This document shows, in pieces, positions 8,102 through 12,762 of a stretch of DNA of 12,762 bases (positions within the stretch are counted from its first letter, which is position 1; each line of letters begins with the position of its first letter). The translations under genes and the position numbers were made by a program. This stretch comes from Candidatus Poribacteria bacterium (GTDB lineage: Bacteria; Poribacteria; WGA-4E; UBA9662). The stretch is from contig JAYGDX010000256.1 in the NCBI GenBank assembly GCA_046582655.1, forward strand, positions 1 through 12,762, in the 5' to 3' direction. The notes under the pieces were generated by a model, which saw only the letters and a list, made by a program, of their open reading frames with translations, had not been told where the DNA came from and ran no database searches.

Positions 8102-8737
8102 ATGAAATTTACCTGCTGTTGCATAACGTTTTTATTTTGGATCAATATGATTTTTCAGATTGCCGGATGTGCGAATTTACAACAAAGGACAATTTTGGTG
8201 GAAGTAGACGCCCTCAGTTGTGGAGTTGCTCCGGGCATCGTTGATGGATATTTCGATACCACGGGAGAAATGTATATCGATGCCAAGTTAGTGAAAATAG
8301 GTGAACAATATTATAATACCAGGCAATCGAGAACACTTCGTACCGGCAAAAAATATGCTGAAGCGATTATTGAACTCGATCAACCCAAGCATATTACGTA
8401 CATTGAAATTCACGCGATGTCCAAGATGACGAATGTGAAGATCTTTGTGGTCAAAGAAAGGCCTAAAGTGGGCAATCGGTTAACCTTTGAACCCACCCGT
8501 GTTCGACATACAACGCACACGATACCAGCCGGTTCAGCGGCCAAATTCCGGCTGAGCGAAAGGGTATCGCTTCTAAAAATCACTGCCGACCCAGTTAAGG
8601 ACGCATCACAAGGTACTTCTCGTGGCCAACACCGCGGGAACCGGCTCGGAATCTCTATTTTTGAACTTGATATTCCTTTAAAGGGACCAACTATCCGCGA
8701 AGTTAAATTTTATCAAGCAGCTGAAATCGATGGTTAA
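8102..8737 (+). CDS. Hypothetical lipoprotein with probable discoidin/F5-8 type C-like beta-sandwich, 211 aa
   Basis: Start reassigned to ATG 8102 with GAGGT at 8091-8095. Signal peptide ends in lipobox IAG-C23. Motifs IVDGYFDT, IIELDQPKHITYIEI and terminal IREVKFY. Confidence 0.7.
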   Translation: MKFTCCCITFLFWINMIFQIAGCANLQQRTILVEVDALSCGVAPGIVDGYFDTTGEMYIDAKLVKIGEQYYNTRQSRTLRTGKKYAEAIIELDQPKHITYIEIHAMSKMTNVKIFVVKERPKVGNRLTFEPTRVRHTTHTIPAGSAAKFRLSERVSLLKITADPVKDASQGTSRGQHRGNRLGISIFELDIPLKGPTIREVKFYQAAEIDG

Positions 8738-9064
8738 TGGCGAAATTGAGTTTCATCCTCCAGAGACAATCAATCAGCTTCACGTTTGGAGATTTGGGTT
8801 TGATCCCGTTAGTGTTGACGATTTTGTCCAAATGCGATGGTGACATGTTCAATGAATTCTGAGTTTCAACCAGACGCTGCTGGTCCTCGAATTATTTCCC
8901 TCTCCAAGACAGTTATAATTCAATTTAAATACTGTTTTAGGAATAAGAGTACTATAATTGATTATAACTTTCATTTCTAGGGATAAATTGCTATTCAATA
9001 TATTCTAATCAGTGAATGATAATCCACATATTTTTGATGGGTGTTAGATCTATAGAGTATTGAG

Positions 9065-10768
9065 ATGTTCAATCAACTTGGAAGCCTTCGGAGTTTTCTA
9101 ACCACTACCTTACTTTTAGTAATTACTCTATCTTTCTTATCCATTGGAATTGGTACATCAACAGTACAATCTGTTGATAGAGAACAAACATTTTTTACGG
9201 AAATCACTGATAAAATTGGCCTGAGTTCCGGATCTAGAGTTTGGCCAAACGGAACCTATGCCATGCATGAGATCATTGGAGGGGGAGTAGCAGTGTTTGA
9301 TTATGACCGTGACGGAAAGCTCGATCTTCTACAGATTCGATTTCCACCACCTAATCAATCCGGCGCCACATCACGTAACCTGCTATTCCAACAGCAAGCG
9401 GATGGAACATTTTTAGATGTTACTGAGGAAAGCCAGCTGGGTGACTCAGGTTATGGACAGGGCGTAGCAATTGGAGATACTGATAATGACGGTGATTTAG
9501 ATGTTTATTTTGCCAACTTTGGTCATGACACCTTCTATCGCAACAATGGAGATGGAACATTTATTGAAGCAACTTCAGTATCAGGTTTTTCAGGTAATGA
9601 ATGGAGTACATCAGCTGCCTTCGTTGATTATAATCGCGACAACGACCTTGATCTCTACATTGCACATTACGTTGAGTATGATCCGACAAATGTTTGCCGA
9701 GGAGATCACGGTTTGCAAGACTATTGTAATCCCCAAGTTTTTGAAGGGGCTCAGGATAGTCTTTATCGTAACAATGGTGATGGGACTTTCACTGATGTTA
9801 CATCTCCTGCGGGTATTACGACCTTGGCAAGAGGATTAGGCGTTTTGTGTACTGATCTAACCGGAGACGGTTGGGCGGACTTTTATGTCGCCAATGATGG
9901 AGAGGCAAATCAACTCTGGGTCAATCAAGGCAACGGAGAGTTTGTAGATGAAGCTATTATACGTGGCGTTGCTTTCAATTCCTATGGACAACCTGAAGGA
10001 AGTATGGGGGTAACAGTAGGTGACGTGAATGGTGACCAAAAACTCGATTTATTTATGACACACCTGACGGGTGAAACGAACACACTCTACGCTGCTTCGG
10101 AATATGAAATATTTATTGATGCAACTGATACCTCAGGCTTTTCGGGAATTGATTCACCATTCACCGGATTCGGTTGCGGCTTCTTTGACTTTGACAACGA
10201 TAGTAACCTTGATCTAGCTATAGTTAATGGCCGAGTAAAACGCGGCCCAGTATTTTCAAAGGCTAATTTAGGAAAATTTTGGAATGCTTATGCAGAACCT
10301 AATTTGCTGTTTCAAAACGATGGAAACGGGAATTTTACGAATGTTAACTTGTTTGCTAGTACATTCTGTTCTGAAATTGAAGTGAATCGCGGTCTTGCTT
10401 TTGGCGACATTGATAACGATGGTGACATCGATCTGGTAATGGACAGCCTTGGTGGATTGCCGCGTGTGTTTAGAAATGATACTTCATCTAATAATCATTG
10501 GCTCCTTGTGCAGGCTCTTACTGAGAATCGAGACGCAATCGGTGCTCAAGTAACGGTGATCGTAGAAGAAATAAGACTTGTTAGGCTTGTACTACCTGGA
10601 TACAGCTATATAAGCAGTAATGATCCGCGAGTTCACTTTGGCCTAGGAAAAATTAATAAGATCGAAGCTATCGAAATTATCTGGCCTAATGGGCAGCAAG
10701 AACACTTTTCTATCGTTGATGTTGATACAGAAATAACAATTCATCAAGGTAATGGTCAACCATTATGA
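9065..10768 (+). CDS. CRTAC1-family protein (FG-GAP/VCBS repeats + ASPIC/UnbV domain), 567 aa
   Basis: Signal/TM N-terminus. Seven DxDxDG-type loops (DYDRDG, DTDNDG, DYNRDN, DLTGDG, DVNGDQ, DFDNDS, DIDNDG). C-terminal NRDAIGAQV...SYISSNDPRVHFGLG...IIWPNG. Confidence 0.92.
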   Translation: MFNQLGSLRSFLTTTLLLVITLSFLSIGIGTSTVQSVDREQTFFTEITDKIGLSSGSRVWPNGTYAMHEIIGGGVAVFDYDRDGKLDLLQIRFPPPNQSGATSRNLLFQQQADGTFLDVTEESQLGDSGYGQGVAIGDTDNDGDLDVYFANFGHDTFYRNNGDGTFIEATSVSGFSGNEWSTSAAFVDYNRDNDLDLYIAHYVEYDPTNVCRGDHGLQDYCNPQVFEGAQDSLYRNNGDGTFTDVTSPAGITTLARGLGVLCTDLTGDGWADFYVANDGEANQLWVNQGNGEFVDEAIIRGVAFNSYGQPEGSMGVTVGDVNGDQKLDLFMTHLTGETNTLYAASEYEIFIDATDTSGFSGIDSPFTGFGCGFFDFDNDSNLDLAIVNGRVKRGPVFSKANLGKFWNAYAEPNLLFQNDGNGNFTNVNLFASTFCSEIEVNRGLAFGDIDNDGDIDLVMDSLGGLPRVFRNDTSSNNHWLLVQALTENRDAIGAQVTVIVEEIRLVRLVLPGYSYISSNDPRVHFGLGKINKIEAIEIIWPNGQQEHFSIVDVDTEITIHQGNGQPL

Positions 10769-12309
10769 AATGTTTTGCAGTCATATCCATTCAGTGCACG
10801 ATATTCTTTGTGGTTACAAGTGTTTGTCTCGTCGCCAAAGATTGGATCCCCCAGCCGCATGGTTTGTTAAAGATTAGCAATCTAAAACTCTCAGAAAGTA
10901 TCAAAACGGCACAAAATACGTTGCAGAAGGCGCCGGAAGATGCCAATGCTTGGGGAAACTTGGCCAAGGTATACCATATTCATGGGTGGGAGGCTGAAGC
11001 AATTCAGTGTTATAGACGGGCGACGGAAATTGTACCCACTGAATTTCGCTGGCTTTACTACCTTGGTTTGATTACATACAAAACTAATCCCAAAGAAGCC
11101 GCTAATACTTTCGCCAAAGCGGTCTCAATTAATCCCAAATATCCAGCAGTTTATGTTTATTATGCTTACGCGCTCAGGAGTACAGGGCGTCTCAAGGGAG
11201 CAGAGCAACAACTCAAACGGGCTAAAGAATTAGATCCTTCAAATCCGTTTTCGGACTTATGGTTAGGAGAACTTGCGCTGGCTGATATGCGTTTCAATGA
11301 CGCGCGAAAACATCTCCAAAGTGCTTTAAACCTAAATCCTAAACAAAGTGAGGCTCACGCAGTCATGGCGCAGGTTGACTTGGCGCTAGGTAATAAAGTA
11401 TCTGCTTATCAACATGCTATAGTTGCACGCCAACCCACGCAGCATACAGAAATGAATGATCCACTATGGCTTCAACTTATGGACATCGGTGTAACATCAA
11501 GGTGGTTCGTGGAACGCGGGAAACGGTGTATAGGAAACGGAAATTTCGAACGAGCAGTCACCGAACTATCCACAATTATCTCAGCTGCTCAAGAAGATCC
11601 CGAAGTATGGTTAAACTATGGAATCGCTCTATTCCACACTAAGGAATACAGCAAAGCCGTTGCTGCCTTAGAAAGTACCCTAACGGTTATAGAAAAGACC
11701 GATGAAATGCAAGCTAAGACACCCAAGAAACTGGATGAACTCAACTATTTAAAAGTACAAAGTCACTATCACCTCGGACGAATTTATTACGATACCGGGA
11801 GACTATCTAAGGCTATTTCCAATTACCAGCAAGCTATTCAAATAAAACCTGATTTCACAGAGGTGCATAGTAGGCTCGGAATGACATACTGGAAAGCGGA
11901 CCGCTTTGATGAAGCTGTTGCCCAATACAAAAAAGCAATTGAAATATTTCCTCTAAATATCGAATTTCATCAAAATTTAGCCGGAATTTATTGGCAAGGT
12001 AAGATGTATGACCAGGCAGCAGAAGAATACGAAATTGTCATCAAACATGATCCGTTAAACGAACAGGCTCTTTATCGTACTGGGTTGGCTTTTTTAAAAA
12101 AGGATATGCTTGATGAGGCGTTATCCTACTTTCAACAGATCTTATCGATTAATCCAAAAAACACTTTCGTTCATGGTGCTATGGGAATCATATTCTACAA
12201 ACGAGGACAATGGCAAAAAGCCATTGATGAATTTCAACAGGTGCTACGCTTAGAACCAAATAACCAACACGCTCAAAAGATGTTAGAACAACTTGAGCTG
12301 TCAAGATAG
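10765..12309 (+). CDS. Tetratricopeptide-repeat protein, probably exported, 514 aa
   Basis: Repeated TPR consensus (e.g. AWGNLAKVY..G...EAIQCYRRA...P; HYHLGRIY..G...AISNYQQAIQIKP). Hydrophobic N-terminus. ATGA overlap with the upstream gene. Confidence 0.92.
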   Translation: MKCFAVISIQCTIFFVVTSVCLVAKDWIPQPHGLLKISNLKLSESIKTAQNTLQKAPEDANAWGNLAKVYHIHGWEAEAIQCYRRATEIVPTEFRWLYYLGLITYKTNPKEAANTFAKAVSINPKYPAVYVYYAYALRSTGRLKGAEQQLKRAKELDPSNPFSDLWLGELALADMRFNDARKHLQSALNLNPKQSEAHAVMAQVDLALGNKVSAYQHAIVARQPTQHTEMNDPLWLQLMDIGVTSRWFVERGKRCIGNGNFERAVTELSTIISAAQEDPEVWLNYGIALFHTKEYSKAVAALESTLTVIEKTDEMQAKTPKKLDELNYLKVQSHYHLGRIYYDTGRLSKAISNYQQAIQIKPDFTEVHSRLGMTYWKADRFDEAVAQYKKAIEIFPLNIEFHQNLAGIYWQGKMYDQAAEEYEIVIKHDPLNEQALYRTGLAFLKKDMLDEALSYFQQILSINPKNTFVHGAMGIIFYKRGQWQKAIDEFQQVLRLEPNNQHAQKMLEQLELSR

Positions 12310-12313
12310 AATG

Positions 12314-12762
12314 TTATTCACAAATTGGAGTATATTTATTTCCAGTATTAATTAGATTTTTACCACTGGTTCCGCCCCAAACAATCATCTGGGTATCTGT
12401 CCATATTGCTGTATGAAGAACCTGCCCGCTAGGAATTGTCATATCAGATAAAGGCGTCCACCTATCAGTTGATGAATCGTATTTACCACCTCCTCTAAGC
12501 GAAACTCCATTACGACCATATCCGCCCCAAACGATCATATATTTTTCAGTCCAGATAGATGTATGACCAAAACGTGCCATAGGAGCGTCTTTCACGGAAA
12601 TGGGTGCCCACTTATCAGTTGATGGATCGTACTTTCCACCTGTATTAAGTGGTATTTTATCATCAGTACCGCCCCAAACGATCATATATTTTTCAGTCCA
12701 GATAGATGTATGACCAAAACGTGCCATAGGAGCGTCTTTCACGGAAATGGGTGCCCACTTAT
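12314..12762 (-). CDS. Kelch/galactose-oxidase-like beta-propeller repeat protein, C-terminal part (5' truncated)
   Basis: Three units of R/Q-x-x-HT-x-IWT-x-x-x-MIVWGG...G-x-KY-x-P/S, with TD-x-W closing the internal units. Frame stays open to the window end, so GTG 12742 is not the true start. Confidence 0.85.
   Translation of the reverse strand, partial: KWAPISVKDAPMARFGHTSIWTEKYMIVWGGTDDKIPLNTGGKYDPSTDKWAPISVKDAPMARFGHTSIWTEKYMIVWGGYGRNGVSLRGGGKYDSSTDRWTPLSDMTIPSGQVLHTAIWTDTQMIVWGGTSGKNLINTGNKYTPICE
12372..12762. repeat. Intragenic tandem repeat, period 147-150 bp
   Basis: 12522-12615 is identical to 12669-12762 (94 bp, offset 147). A degenerate third copy starts at 12372 (offset 150; CCGCCCCAAAC and TATCAGTTGATG conserved). 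Confidence 0.95.

Noticed and set aside
8738..8910. Possible structured ncRNA (e.g. 6S-like), and short direct repeat TGAGTTTCA at 8747 and 8860
   Set aside because: I could not find extended end-to-end pairing by eye, and a 9-bp repeat can arise by chance. Needs an Infernal/Rfam scan.
9501..10039. ORFs 9501-9839 (+) and 9857-10039 (-)
   Set aside because: Alternate-frame or antisense ORFs inside the CRTAC1-family gene.
12372..12762. Repeat considered as CRISPR array or DGR template/variable repeat
   Set aside because: The unit is 147-150 bp, in frame and protein-coding. No cas or reverse transcriptase gene is in the window, and the two best copies show no adenine-specific mismatches.

Overview
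AT-rich bacterial window of housekeeping and accessory genes. The gene families (tandem PhyH dioxygenases, a DUF6785/DUF6784-type membrane protein, a 'KLxxTWxxIK' C-terminal tail) resemble Candidatus Poribacteria; that assignment is an inference from remembered families. In order: the 3' end of a probable LamG-like protein with a conserved-looking C-terminal tail; two divergent PhyH-family Fe(II)/2-oxoglutarate dioxygenases and an intrinsic terminator; a 642-aa polytopic membrane protein; a minus-strand xseA-xseB unit followed by a probably exported GlpQ-type GDPD + PI-PLC fusion; a divergent lipoprotein with discoidin/F5-8-like motifs; a possible 37-aa coupled ORF; a CRTAC1/ASPIC-UnbV FG-GAP protein coupled to a TPR protein; and a convergent, truncated Kelch-like gene with an exact 94-bp DNA repeat (147-bp period) running off the window end. 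No rRNA, tRNA, CRISPR array or transposase was recognised. Best leads: the C-terminal tail (candidate sorting signal), the GDPD-PI-PLC fusion and the recent Kelch repeat duplication.
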